Shown piece by piece: positions 24,850 through 37,884 of a stretch of DNA of 64,000 bases. The first letter of the stretch is position 1, and the number at the start of each line of letters is the position of its first letter. Made by a program: the position numbers and the translations under genes. Source of the stretch: Camelus ferus. Its lineage: Eukaryota. The notes under the pieces are model-generated. The model was not told the DNA's origin. It saw only the letters and a program-made list of their open reading frames with translations, and searched no databases. The stretch spans positions 39,992,001-40,056,000 of the forward strand of contig NC_045696.1 of the NCBI RefSeq assembly GCF_009834535.1, written 5' to 3'.

Positions 24850-25440
24850 ATGCCCAAATCTGCTTTTCACCCTGTACTCAGAGTTATTTTTTTAAAATAT
24901 AAACCAGATCATGTTGCCACCATGACTGAAACTTCAGAGTCATTTCTAACATGACTTAGCTTGTCCTCAAAGGGACGTGATCTGACCTCTACTTGTTTCT
25001 CCACCTACTGCTGACTTCTTGCACCTTGTTTCCTACCACTCCATCACCTATTCCTTATGCTCAGTCCTTTGGCTTTCTTCCTCTTCCTAGAATATCTACA
25101 CTTTAGGACTAGTACACTCGCTGTTCCCCTATGTGGAATATTCTATCAGAGATATTTTATGTATGGATCCCTCTTGGCACTCAGATCTCAGCTCATATGT
25201 TACTTCCTTAATGAGGCGTTTATGAGCACCTAATTTAAACTGGTACACTCCTGACCCATAACTTTGTATTGTGTTATGATATTTTACCTAAATAACCTAT
25301 CATTAGCTGAGATTATTTTGATTTTGTTGTTGTTTGTTTATTATGTCTCCTGCCTTCTCTCTCTGTCCTGTTCTCTGCCATATTCCCTCCAGAAAGAACT
25401 CTGCCTGGCACATAGTTGGCACTTATTATATATTTAATGA
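24850..25440 (+). mobile_element. LINE-2 (L2a-like) 3' end
   Basis: 'ttaaaatataaaccagatcatgttgcc...cagatctcagctcatatgttacttcct...tgcctggcacatagttggcactt'. Confidence 0.8.
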
Positions 25441-26470
25441 GGAAATCAGTCTTAGTTGACTAACTTGATATTGTTTTGATAATATTTTCAGTTCTCAATC
25501 AGTCCAGAAATAAGCAAGAGGAACTTCTACTTTGAACTTAATTCTTTGCATCAAAGACAGACTGATTGAGTCAATGGGAGTGATAATAACTTTGGAGAAT
25601 GTGAACAATGTTCTTGGAATTAATAATAAAGCTGTGGAAAGGAAAGCTGGGAGACAGCCAGACATCCACCCAGGAATTCAGGAAAGCACATCTCAAAAAG
25701 TATAAGACAAATTAGGTATGACCACATGGCCAGAGATTCTAAAAAGGAAGACTGCTTCAGAGAGATGGAAGAGTAATAATGACACTCTGATAATACAGTC
25801 ATTGATTATGTTTTCTAAACAAAAAAATGGAGCCTTAGGTACTGTCTGGGATGAGATCATATTTTAACAAGACATGTACAAAAGACAGAATAAACAGTGT
25901 ATAACCAAAAATGAAAAGAAGAGTGCCATAAACTCGTTAAAACTGAGTCAAAGTCCAAAACTGTGGAGTACAAAAAAAAAAAAAATAGAATATAGAGCTT
26001 AAATAACCTTTTAAAAAAATTACAATTTGCTCTTCCCAGCTTGAGAACATGAAGAGTCAAGTCCATGTGGGTGAGACAGAGTAATGTTTGCAAAAAACTA
26101 AACCCTTATTACTGTTTTGCTTCCAACTTTTGTATCAAGAGAAATTACTTTCAAGCTGAAAAAAGAAGAAACATAAAAAAGAAAAATGAGGCACTAAAGA
26201 TAGACTAAGAAAAATACATTAATGGGGCGATCTATGTAGCCCAGAGTATTAAAACAACTTTCAATCATACAATCTTTAAGGAATCATATTTACTAGTATA
26301 GAGGGGGAAAAGCCTCATCCTAAATCTCATAAAGGTAAAATAAAATTTTGAAACTACATACCTACTGGTTTGAGTCCTTCATGGTAAAATTCTAAAGCAT
26401 GTTATTGGGGCTGTAAAGGAGTGTATCTTAAAGTATTTTCCATGAACAAGGAATATGGCAGGATGTTAAA

Positions 26471-26520
26471 ACCAATCAACCAACCAACCAACCAACCAGC
26501 CAACCAGCCAACCAACCCAA
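26471..26520 (+). repeat. Imperfect (CCAA)n tetranucleotide repeat
   Basis: Direct read. Confidence 0.9.
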
Positions 26521-26544
26521 ACAAAAACTACCAAGCAGGTTCCC

Positions 26545-26762
26545 TCACGTAAATAAGCTTGGGAAATGTTGAATTAATTGAAGTTAAGCAGGACTTTTCA
26601 TTATCGCACTTTACAATGTACAACATGAAATGGGACTTCCCAAGAAAGGGCATAAAGCATGTGGTGTTTCTCAGACTTACCTGATCATGAAAAATTTTTC
26701 CTTTTTTAATTTTAGCATCTCATAGAACTAGAATCTTGTTGAATATAATTTGGGAAACTGTT
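26545..26762. mobile_element. hAT-Charlie-like DNA transposon fossil
   Basis: Repeated and inverted 'ttgggaaa' / 'tttctcagactta' motifs and the end 'tttgggaaactg' resemble Charlie-derived MITEs. The family is uncertain. Confidence 0.45.
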
Positions 26763-26849
26763 CTGGTGACAGGCTACAGGGTTTTATACTTAGGTCTCTT
26801 GTATTCAATCAACACTTTTACTAATAATTTAAATGAAGAGAAGAGAGCC

Positions 26850-27500
26850 AGCTTATCACATCTACAGCCAACGCAAAGCATGGTTAATATGATAGATGAC
26901 TGAATCAAGTTTTAAAAATATTACGACAGGTTGAAATACTGGGCTGCACCCAACAAGATATTATTGGGTTCCAAGATCATCTCACAGGATAAGAGACACC
27001 TGGCTTAACAGCAATTTCTATGAACAAAATCTAGAGGGCTTACTTGACTATAAACTTTATAAACTTAATATAAGCCAACAGTATATTGCCCTTGCAAACA
27101 AAAACAACATAGTGAAACTGTTACACTAGGATGTTTTCACAGATGACAAAAGCACCTAGACAAGGGCATTCCTAACTCCATTGTTTTCAGTACTGGTCAT
27201 ACAACATTTGGAAGTGGAGTTAGCGACTGGAATGTGCTTGTGAAGTACCACAAGAAAGGGAAAGTGTCTGGATGCCCTGTCACAAGAGCAACACAAAATT
27301 GGAAATGTTTGGTCTAGATAAAAAATACTTGCATTAGACTCCATATAAGGAAAAACTGTCTGATCATTCTCATTTCAAGGAGAAACAAAGTAAAATGCTG
27401 ACTTAGAAGGTGGTGAACTCCTTTTTCCTGAGTATCTTCAAGTCAGGCTGGGTGATTGTCTTTCCAGGATGTTGTAGGTGGGATTCCTACATCTACTCCC
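26850..27500 (+). mobile_element. L3/CR1 LINE fossil, RT 3' region to 3' end
   Basis: 'gatgactgaatcaagttttaaaaatattacgacaggttgaaatactgggctg...acctggcttaacagcaatttctatgaacaaaatctag...cttaatataagccaacagt', and a 3' end 'tcttcaagtcaggctgggtga...ggatgttgtaggtgggattcct'. Confidence 0.7.
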
Positions 27501-28289
27501 ACTTTCCTAGACTAAATGTTTTCTAGAAGTCAATTATGCTATGCATTTCAATATTGTTCTTCTGGTCACTGGAATTTTACAAGATTTTCATATACAGGAC
27601 TATAAAATGCTAGATCTGGAAATAGCCTCAAAGACAATCTATGTAACACTCTGCTTTTTAGAGGTGAGAAACTAAGGCTCAGAAAATTTCCATTCTTTCA
27701 TTTGCCAGATGTTTCCTGGCTGCCTGAAATCTGTAACTGTAGAGAACATCAACATGAACAAGGAGAACTTGCTTGCCTTAAGCTTATAATCTAGGTAGCC
27801 AAAACACAACACAGAGATACAGTACAGGGGTAGCTGAGGAATAAGCAATTCATTCTGATTGGCAGATCAGGCAATGTGAAAGCTAGGAAGGTGTTCCACC
27901 AGAGAAAACATCAGCAAACTCCGAGGGAGAAAAGTGTTTGCGAAGTGGCTTCCACTGGAGTTGGAAGTGGTCTCAGTGTAGGACCAACCCAGAGTAAATG
28001 ACCATGTAGTCCTTGGAAGTGGACTTAGGTTCATTTGGACCAGAAATACTGCAATCTGGATTCCAGCTACCTTGAATGTGATCTCAAAGGTAGATGCAGG
28101 TTCCAGGTGGGCACATCCCTTCAGGCATCTATTATGAAGAAAACCTTTAAGGTATGGATCTAAAACAATACATATATAAACATTTCCAAAATGAATCAAT
28201 GCCTATTCACATTAAAAATTGATTTTATTTCAGAGGATGAGAAAATATGAAGAATAAAGTATCAGAAGTAATTAAATCAGTCCAAAAAT

Positions 28290-28515
28290 AACGTTATTAT
28301 TTATTGAACACCCCACGTGTGTGTGTATATATGTATATATGCATATATATTGCTTCTAAACCTTGCAACAACTCTACAAAGTAGTTATTATTAATCTCTA
28401 TCAACAGATGAGGAACTGGGGTTGTCCATGTAATGCCAGCCAGTAAGTCACTCACCTGGATACAAACTCAAGTTTGTCTCTCAGTAATGCTCATGATATT
28501 CCTTCTATAGCACTC
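28290..28515 (-). mobile_element. MIR SINE
   Basis: 'ccttgcaacaactctacaaagtagttattattaatctctatcaacagatgaggaactgggg'. Confidence 0.7.
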
Positions 28516-28697
28516 AACAGTCTACTGGGGGAAGGAAGGCAGTGTTGTTCAGATTGTCCTTTTCTATGTGTTAATCTATATTTCATAGGAAAAATAACAA
28601 TGTAAATTACTTAAGGAAAATGATTCTACTTTACACTTTCCTTACAACTACAGTTAGTACAGCAATAGTATATAACAAGCAATTCAGTTAAAAAACT

Positions 28698-28800
28698 GAA
28701 TTCATTCAGCAAATATTTATGAAAAGTCTACTATGTGGCAGTCACTGTTCTTGGCTCTGAGGACATGTCAATGAACAAAACATGCAAATTCCCAGCCCTT
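28698..28800 (-). mobile_element. LINE-2 3' end fragment
   Basis: 'ttcattcagcaaatatttatgaaaagtctactatgtggcagtcactgttcttggctctgaggacat'. Confidence 0.75.
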
Positions 28801-29321
28801 GTGCAGAATTCAGTTTCCTGCTATTGTAAGACTAAGGTCTTTGTGTTCTTGATTGATGTCAAGGAAGACTGATCTCAGATTCTGGAGGATGTTCACCCTG
28901 TCCCAACACATGCTCCTCTCTATAACAGGACAGTTGCTCATTCAATGCCAGCAAAACAAGGTCTCTGCTGCTTCCAGTTTCTAACTCCTATCTCCTACCT
29001 CTAGACTCAAGTTTATAGGGCCCATGTAGTATCAGGCCCACTCAGATCCCCTTTGTTTTGATTAATCAGAATCAGTCGCTCAGTAAACTTAAATACATCT
29101 GTAAAATTTTCAGTAATTAAAACCAAAATGTGCAGTATTTAAATCTGTAAATTAAATTTACTCATCTTAATTGCATCTTCAGAAATCTCTTTTGCTATAT
29201 TACATAACATAATCACAGGAGTGATATCTCATCACCTTCATAGGTCCCATCCACACTAGAGGGGAGATTAAATAAGGGTACCACATGGGGGGGGGGTCAT
29301 CTTAGAATTCTATCTACTACA
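28801..29321 (-). mobile_element. MaLR LTR, MLT1E-like, partial
   Basis: 'gcagaattcagtttcctg...aacataatcacaggagtgatatctcatcacc...ggtcatcttagaattctatctactaca'. Confidence 0.75.
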
Positions 29322-30869
29322 GGCAGTAAAGAAATTTGAGAATTAACTTCATTTTTTTGCTTTATAGTTCTCATTTATTAATTCACTCATCTAATATATG
29401 CTTACTGAGATTATATGCATACTATGGTAGGGGCTACAGCAAAGCAAATGAGTAAGATGGAAGTCACTACTTTCAAGGGTCTAAATTTTTTTTAAAAAAG
29501 ACATTTCAATAAATAATAGTAATAATAAAACAGTATGGTAATTGCAGTAAAAGTATGTAAATATATAGATTTGGCACAAAAGAACTGATCAGTCACCTAG
29601 AAGGACCAGATACCACTGCAAAAATGATGTAATACCTATCATATTAATAGGTGGATTCAAACTCTTCTGAATAGCCTTTATTTTGAGACTTTCATGGAAG
29701 GAGTTACAATGGAGACATATTCTCCCTTACTGATACTAGCCTTTTTCTATTTAACAACTACAAATGCTGAGTTTTCCTACATCCACTAAGATGGGCCTTA
29801 CAAAGTGTGGCTACACACTCTGTGGACTAATCTATTTTTCAGCTAAGTCGGTAAAGTGAAATTGATGAGTCTATGGAGAGGTCTTTTTGCATTCATGAAT
29901 AGGGTCAGAAAAGTCCTCATTTCTATTATTAAGAACAGGAACTACTGGTTTTAAACTTTCTTCCATCTGCAGGTTGGAAATATAGGTTAAGTCATACCAC
30001 TAGTAAATCTGTAGCAAGCTCCCACAGGGCAATAAAAAAACAGTGAACACATTCATTTCTTGGCTTAGAGACAGGGGAAGTACATGAATGCCTGGGCTCC
30101 AAAGGAATGACTTTGTACAGTTCTGTTTATAGTTACACACAGCCTGTATAAACAGATGAAGGGTACTTGGCTTCTTTTTGAACCAGGAAGGGTAGTGAGA
30201 TTCTAGCAGCCAAAAGCAAAACACTGATTGTTGGCTACAAACAAATTTGATCAATGGTCTGGGAGCTTCAACTTGCCATTCTATTTCCTTAGCAAACACT
30301 TCATCTTGTGCCAGACACTGCTGTGCACTGTGTTTGATTTTGGGGACAAGCTATTCATCATCCCTTGGTTTTCTCACCAAGCACAAGGATGCCAACAAGG
30401 TTTTCTTTGCCTCAAGACAGCAGGTGGCAACGTTGGCAGTTAAACAGTCAGCAAGACGTTAATCATACTCTTACTGCTTCATTCCAGAAAAACATAGAAC
30501 TGAACAGGATCCCATTTCCCCACCTCCCAATTTTTTTTTTTTAACTCTCAGATTGTTTGAAAAAAAAAATTCTGAAAAACTCAGCAACAGAGAAGTTTCT
30601 TATAGCTCAGGGACCCTAACTGATACTTATTTCTAGAGTAAAGAAATGAAATCTTCACATAAAAAAACAGCCTAATATATATCAGGGAATAGTTTTTTTT
30701 TTTTCCTGTCAAATGAAATATGGGAATTGTCTCCAATAGTAAGATTTTGAGTGGTTGATTGTTTCACTGGTTGATCCATTCACATAATCTGCAGAGCTTC
30801 TCAACCTCAGCACAACTGACATTTGAGGTCATACGTCGTTCCAGAGTAAAATGGCATGTGATGAGAACA

Positions 30870-31230
30870 CTGTCAATTATCTGTCTAGATCCCCTCAGAA
30901 TCCTTTTATGGCTTCTTTTTGTGCACCCATCCCCAGCTCCTCTGTATTGTGTCCCAAAGTCTTCTTCCTGCACCTTACTTCAGGGGACGGCTTTTGGGTG
31001 ACTGGAGCTGCTCTGCCCACAGATGCAGAGAGCTGGAAGTGCCTGGGAGATATTGGGCATCAGGGTAGCTCAAAGCTTATGGGATCACCTCTGAGATGTA
31101 ATCTCTGTTTTAGTCTACCCTGAAGACAGGCTAAGATTGCGACTTGGCTTGACTCCTCTCCTCCCTACTCCTCAATCACCTTCTAGAAGAACTTCCTTAA
31201 CAAATCACCTACACAATCAGATAAGCATTT
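30870..31230 (+). mobile_element. ERVL LTR16-like solo LTR fossil, preceded by a short MER20/MER5-like end at about 30791-30830
   Basis: 'tctgtctagatcccctcag...gagagctggaagtgcctgggag...gaacttccttaacaaatcacctacac'. Confidence 0.55.
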
Positions 31231-31588
31231 TAGAGAGATTCTCCTGGCTGTGATACAGAGAACAAAGGGCTGGTTGAGATTAGATAAAAATAAGACTGGC
31301 CTTCTAAAAACTGAGCCTATCACAAATCTCTGGAGTGGAAACATTTCAGGGGGCATGTAGACCACACTTCACTCAAAGCAGGAACCTCTTCTAAGCATTC
31401 ATTTCAGATCAGTTTTAGCTTCAAGACCTAGAGGCTTATTCTCTTATAAAAATTGTCTTCTTTTTCATACGATTGCCACTGTTATAAACTTCTTCCTATA
31501 ATAAGCCCAACTGAGTCTTTCATGAAAAGTAGCCATTGTTCCCAGCTCTGCTCTCTAGAACCTCACAGATTAAAAGTAAACATTTGTC

Positions 31589-32060
31589 CGTATGTGGTTA
31601 ATTTAATGTGTCACCTTGACTGGGCCCACAGGGTGCCCAGACATTTGATCAAACATTTTTCTGGCTGTGTCTGTGACACTATTTCTAGATGAGATCAATA
31701 TTTGACTTAGTAGACTGAGTTAAAAGCAGATTATCCTCCTTAATATGGGTAGATCTAACCCAGGCAGTTGAAGATGGAAATTGAACAAAAAAGGCTGAGT
31801 AAGAGTATTCCTCCTGTCTGACTACTTGAGCTAAGACATAGGTCTTTTTCTGCTTCAAATGCAAAATGAAAAATCTGCTCTTCTTGGGTCTTGAGCCTAC
31901 AGGCTTTCAGATGAAAACTCTACCATCAGCTCTTCAAGGTCTCCAGCTTGCTACCTACAGATTTTGGGATTTCTCAGTCTCCATAATCATGTGAGCCAAA
32001 TTCGTAAAATAAATATTTATTCTATTGATTCTGTTTCTCCGGAGAACCCTGACTAATACA
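31589..32060 (+). mobile_element. MLT2D-like ERVL solo LTR
   Basis: Start 'tggttaatttaatgtgtcaccttgactgggcc' and end 'ttctgtttctccggagaaccctgactaataca' are typical MLT2 termini. Confidence 0.9.
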
Positions 32061-34164
32061 ATATAACATCCCTTATGTAGGGATTTCCCTCTATAGTCTG
32101 ATTTAAGAGCAACTGATATCCCAAATCTTATCCCCTCCAGCCTGTCAGAAATCACTGGCATTGACTATATTGTTTTGGATAAAGGGATAGTACCCCGATA
32201 AAACTTTGGTTAAATGTAAACTTATATGAGAAAATAATCCATTAATTCAAGGACAATTTTTATTGTACTACCAGAGCTTTTAATAGGTGAGACACAGGGA
32301 AGTATATTTTGATGTGGAATGTAGAAGCCTTGATAATAGGATCAATGTAGAAAATTAGGTTCTGGTAAGTTTCCACAATTCAAGCTTCTAGAAATTCTGG
32401 GGTGACAATTAGGTGTTTGAGATGTGAAAGAGTACAAGAAGGCAGACAACAGACTGCTGGTCACCAATTTTTCCTCAGACTGGCCCAGCATAAAAGGAAA
32501 TTCCCACTGATCATTTTAACTGATGTCTAGTTTACACATACTTTTTAAAAAATTAATAAATTTAATATTTTTGTATACATTTTTTACACATGAACTATTT
32601 CCTTTGGTCACTTTTCATGTGGTGAATCCAGCTGTTAGGAACAGAATCAACAGAGTACTTCTTGGCTATAAGACAATTACTAAGACAATACATTAATATC
32701 TGACTTGGTTGGCAACACTGGGATAAAATTTTCTGAGTATAAAGCAAGGAATGAAAACCTCATGGCCCTAAATTATAATCATCCATGTAGTAGTCTAGGA
32801 TTTTAAGACCCTAGGGTAGAGAGATTCCACATAACTTAAAAATGCAAAGAGTTTTTGCGTGTGAGCGAGAATAGTTATTTCCTGGGGAAAAACATGAATG
32901 TCTTCATGAGAATATCACTTTCATCACATTCATTTTTTTTAATCTTGGTCATTTCTCTTTATGTATTACCCAACAGTTAATGAGTTAAAAAAAAGGATTT
33001 TAAAAATGGTAACAGGCACTAAGCCATTTGAAGATCTAGACATCTTAACTGGATTCATTTTTTTTTAAACTTACACTATTTCACATTTGATGGTAATTTG
33101 CCTTTGGCTACACCCCATAGCATTTCTAACTTCAATCAACTTTATACACATACTCTCTAAAGAAAATGTGTATCATTTCTAACTTATGTCCCCAAATCAT
33201 TTTTAATAATCTTCTATCATAACAAATTATTGGTACTTATTTCAATCCCACCCTAAATTTCATCACCTTTTAAAACAGAGAACACTAGTCTGAAGCTCAA
33301 AAGAACTGGCTGTAATCCAGTAATTAAAATATGGTTGGGTGACCTTAAGGAAAGTCATAACACCTCCTTAGGCCTGTTGCTGTTACTGAGATGTCAAAAG
33401 AGGCATTAAAGAACATGATTTCTCAAGTGACTCTCAATCTGAACATCCTAAAATTAGAATGGATTATTTTAATACTAGTGATGTATGTGCTCTTGTTTTA
33501 GCATTAGTTATTTTTTTTAATTCAAGTGAATAAAAAGTATATGCAGCTTCAAATACTTAAAGGAATGGCTAGAAAGAAATTAAGCCATCTCTAGCATTCT
33601 AACTTTGCGGTCTTAGCTTATAAAGTGATGGGAAATGTCAGAAGATATAGGGTAGGGGTAGAGAAGACATATTCCCTTCATAATGTATTGTTCTACATCT
33701 AAAATTCAGTAAGCTCATTGAGTCTACTTCACCTTCCTAAGATCTTAGGAGAGAGCAGAGCTTCACTCCAGATTCTCTCCTGTCACTGGACTTACATCTC
33801 AGTGTTAAGTGGGAAATTAGTTTTTTATTGAATTATGAGTTAAACTGTGAGAAGATGATTACCAGCTCACTGGCACATCCCAAAAGTGTGGAGGACTTGC
33901 TGCATACAAAAGTGTGCAGCAAAAGAACCAAAAACTTTCCAGGGAATGCTCTTGGAAAACACATGGCGGTTTCTTATCTTTTATAGCCATCAAATCCTAC
34001 GGTGATTCTATAGCCAGGCTGGCATTTGAGGTGTGTACATGTAAAAGGACGGAGAGAGAGACAATATAAACTAAGAGAAAAAGGTATTTGAGCTTAGATT
34101 ACCTAAGCTGAATCAGACTCCTTCATTATTTTTTTGGTTTCTAATACCCTGAGAATAAATATCT

Positions 34165-34640
34165 ATGAATTATTTATTCATTGAATTATCGTATTTTGGA
34201 GTGGCTATTGAGTCCAGGCTACTGCAGAGGATACAAAGATGGATGTTACAAACATTGCCATTAAAGAGATAGTCTAATTGAAAGATAAGACATAAAAGTA
34301 AATATAGCACAACAAATGCATCAACTGAAGTTATGTATTGAGTGCAGTGACAATACAGAATCAAGGAAGATTTCACTGAGGCAGCAAGGTTTGATCTGGT
34401 TCTGAAAATATGAGTAGCATTTCTCCAAGTGGGCTTGGGTTGAGGATATAAGAAAGAATCAGGACTCAATAGTGGAAACAGCATATACAAGGGTACATAG
34501 GACTAGAAAAGCCATGGTCTCTTGGGCAGCTGCAGAAAGTAATTTGGTATTTTTGGAGCTTGTGGTATGATAGGAAGTTGACAGAGTAAGCTGGAGAGGT
34601 AGGCTATAAGTGAGGTATTTCGAGCCAATTTATGACATAT
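34165..34640 (-). mobile_element. LINE-2 fossil
   Basis: 'aatcaaggaagatttcactgaggcagcaaggtttgatctggttctgaaaatatgagtagcattt...ggaaacagcatatacaagggtacatagg'. Confidence 0.7.
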
Positions 34641-35495
34641 AGACATATGTTCAGTTATTGGATATCAACAGCAGACATTGAATATCAAAGACATTTTTAG
34701 TCTCCTAAATTTTTTATGACAATTATATCAAATATATGAGGTTATATATATAAGTATTTACCTTATACAAATCTGCTATATAGCTACTACCACACAGGCT
34801 CCATAAGAAGCCAAAACAAAACAAATACAACCAAACCCAAACTTAGCAAGTCCTTCTATTCTTCCACCCAACTGTAACATGTTGTAAAGATTGAGCATGA
34901 TTTGAGAATCTGAATCGCCATTTTCTCTGTTCCTCTCAGTTCCAAACCATCTCTCACAGTGTTATATCTGCTTAATAGTTAAGACTATGAAAAAAATGCA
35001 CATCCTTACTACATTTAGCATATATCCTTATTAGATTTCGGTTGTGTAATAACATACATTGTTTTAAAACAATTTTTTATACAACTTAAATACAAGTCAA
35101 ATGCCTTCCCTGGGGCTCGTCCCAAATATAAGTGATCTATTCCAATGCTGGAGAAAAAATGAACTGTACTGAACTACTCCAGAGATGCTACGTTGATTCT
35201 CAATGTGCACCTTCCTAAGAGACTTAGGATAATTTTGACTTTGTACAAATTTTATCCTCCTAACTCTCCACTTCGCATGCTAACCCAGGTGAAAGATGTA
35301 ATTCTATGTAATTCTATGGGTTCTTTTTCTTTTTCTTTTTTTTTTTTTTGAAATTTTAATAACTAAAATTAAAACTTTGAGAAAATAGGTGAAAGAGCCA
35401 GTGATGCACTAATTCTATCATTATAAAGCATTATTTAATATTAATAAATATTTTTAATCCTTGTGATCCCCCTCTTTAGAAAGCAGCAATAGCCA

Positions 35496-35532
<37 letters not shown>

Positions 35533-35550
35533 GTCACCATCATTATCATC
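35496..35550 (+). repeat. (CAT)12 trinucleotide repeat with a degenerate tail
   Basis: Direct read: 12 perfect units at 35496-35531. Confidence 0.95.
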
Positions 35551-36689
35551 GATACATTTTCTTCAAGAGGAAAACAACAGAATAGCAAAACTTGGAGAAG
35601 GTAGAGAGTCTGCAATGTAATATTTCAAGTACTTTGACCTTGGTGAATGGTGTCATTCATGTCATCCTGACTATGACCTATTTTATGCTTTCATTCAAGT
35701 TTTTCAGTGTCTCAGAAAATGTGTCAAATCCTTTAAGGGACACAATCCTTTATACTTCATAGTTTACCCAGGCCCTTGACATTCTGTTGGTGGGGGACGG
35801 TAGGTGGGGACAGATCACTAACCTTCTTGTTTTCGAGACAATAGAATGGTTTTGATAAATATTTGTGAAGTTTTTACAGTGATACATTCCTGCAGAAAAG
35901 CCTATAACAGATGGGAAAATTAGTTGAGTATCAAGCGTACTGTTATTACTGAATCATCTTTTTCTCCACCTGGATAAACTCTTAATGGATACCATGGCTC
36001 TACATCGCTTCAATCTTTCTGGTAGAAGGCAGAGTCTGGGTGAGGGGAGACTGTGGTGGGGAAAGTCTGAAGACTGGAATTTGATTAGGAAATTTGTTGG
36101 GATATGTGAATAGATCAGATCTAAACTGAAAGTAGTAAACCACATCCATGCTTATTCTAGAATAGGAATGCTGGCTGTTGCTCTACTGTGGCTCATCTGG
36201 GCTGTAGCTTCTCACACTATGTGTGAAATATCACTGTTGTGGGAAAGAATTATATATATATATATCTATATACATAGATTGATATTTAAATCTATTACCC
36301 ACTGAGCACTGTGTGATAATGGATATTAGATAGAGAACATTTTGCAATCACAAAGCATTATTACTTCATCTTATGAATGTCTGAACCAAGCATAACTTTT
36401 TAATAAAAAATAAAATGTGGACTTGGGTTTTCAAAGATAAATAGACCACCACAAGACTTGTAATGGAAGAATAAATTAGGATAGGTTTGAAAAGTCAGGA
36501 GTTCCTGTAATATACAGATAAATAAAATACATCTGGAAAATCCCTAGGATGCTGTATTTTTCTCTATAACTGGTCATTTCTGATATTTAGACTGGTAAAT
36601 AAGATACTTATAATGTGAATCTTGTATCCTGGGCCTGAAAAATATGAAAAGGGTCTAAAGAGCAAATAAAGGGAAGTCAGAAGAGGCCA

Positions 36690-36935
36690 CAATGGGAAGG
36701 TGAACTTAGTTCAAGTTTGAAGGAGGAATAGAACTTAAATTTACACACAGAGAAAGATGAATTCTTGAGGCGGAGGAACCAGCATGACCAAAAGCATAGA
36801 AGTGGGACTGCTCATGACTCATTTTGGAGTCAAGAGGCAGACCTGTGTGGTCTGAGTAGATGGGTTATTTTGAAGATAAGGGTGAATATTAGATTGGGGA
36901 CATAATGCAGAAAGGCAAGAATGCCAGGCTCCAGA
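36690..36935 (-). mobile_element. LINE-2 fragment
   Basis: 'tttgaaggaggaatagaactt...attcttgaggcggaggaaccagcatgaccaaaagcatagaagtggga'. Confidence 0.65.
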
Positions 36936-37104
36936 AATTAATAATAACAATAAAAACATAACATTATTAGCCACAGAAATTTCACAGAATATTTTAATGT
37001 TTTTATAGTAGGAATTTTTTAAAGCAAAAATTATAAACCATAAAAATGTTCCATTTGACTAAATCAAAATTTAAAACTTCTGCATGTGAAAAATTAAAAG
37101 ATAA

Positions 37105-37883
37105 GGAATGGTACAGCAATTTTGGAAGACAGATGCAGATTCTTACAAAACTAAACATATTCTTACCTAATGATCCAGCAATTGTGCTCCTTGGTATTAC
37201 CCAAATGAACTGAAAACTTATGTTCACACAAAAACCTGTACATGTATGTTTTACTCACAACTGCCAAATTAATGATTTACTCGTAATTGCCAAAACTTCA
37301 AAGCAACTAAGATGTCTTTCAATAGGTGAATGTATAAATAAACTGTGATACAGGTATATAATGGAATATTATTAACCAATAAAAGAAATGATGTATAGCG
37401 ACAAAAAGACATGCAGGAAACTTAAATATATATTGCTAAGTGAAAGAAGCAAATTTGAAAAGGCTACATAGTGTTTGATTCCAACTATATGACATTCTGG
37501 AAAAAGCAAAAATGAAAACTAAAGAAAGATTAGTGGTTGCCAGGAATTTGGGGGATGTAGGGAGGGATGAATCGGGTAGTGAAACTACTGTATGATACTG
37601 CAATGGTGAATGCATATCATTATACATTTGTCAAAATCCATAGAATGTACGACACAAAGAGTGAACTCTAAGGTAAACTATGGACTTTAGTTAGTGAGAA
37701 TGTACCTATATTGGCTCATCAATCATAATACATGTATCACATTAATGTAAGATGTCAATGATGGAGCAACAGTTGTGGGGGGTAAGAGTGTATATGAAAA
37801 TTCTCTTTAATTTTAACTTATTTTTCCTTAAACCTAAAGATGCTTCTAAAAATAAAATCTGTTAAATTTAAAAAAAAAAAAAA
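37105..37883 (+). mobile_element. L1MC1/L1MC2-like 3' end with A tail
   Basis: 'gaactgaaaacttatgttcacacaaaaacctg...catagaatgtacgacacaaagagtgaactctaaggtaaactatggacttt...ctaaaaataaaatct' then an A-run. Confidence 0.85.
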
Positions 37884-37884
37884 C

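Noticed and set aside
35496..35550. (CAT)n as a poly-His or poly-Asp coding tract
   Set aside because: No surrounding ORF or convincing splice sites; it is an ordinary microsatellite.
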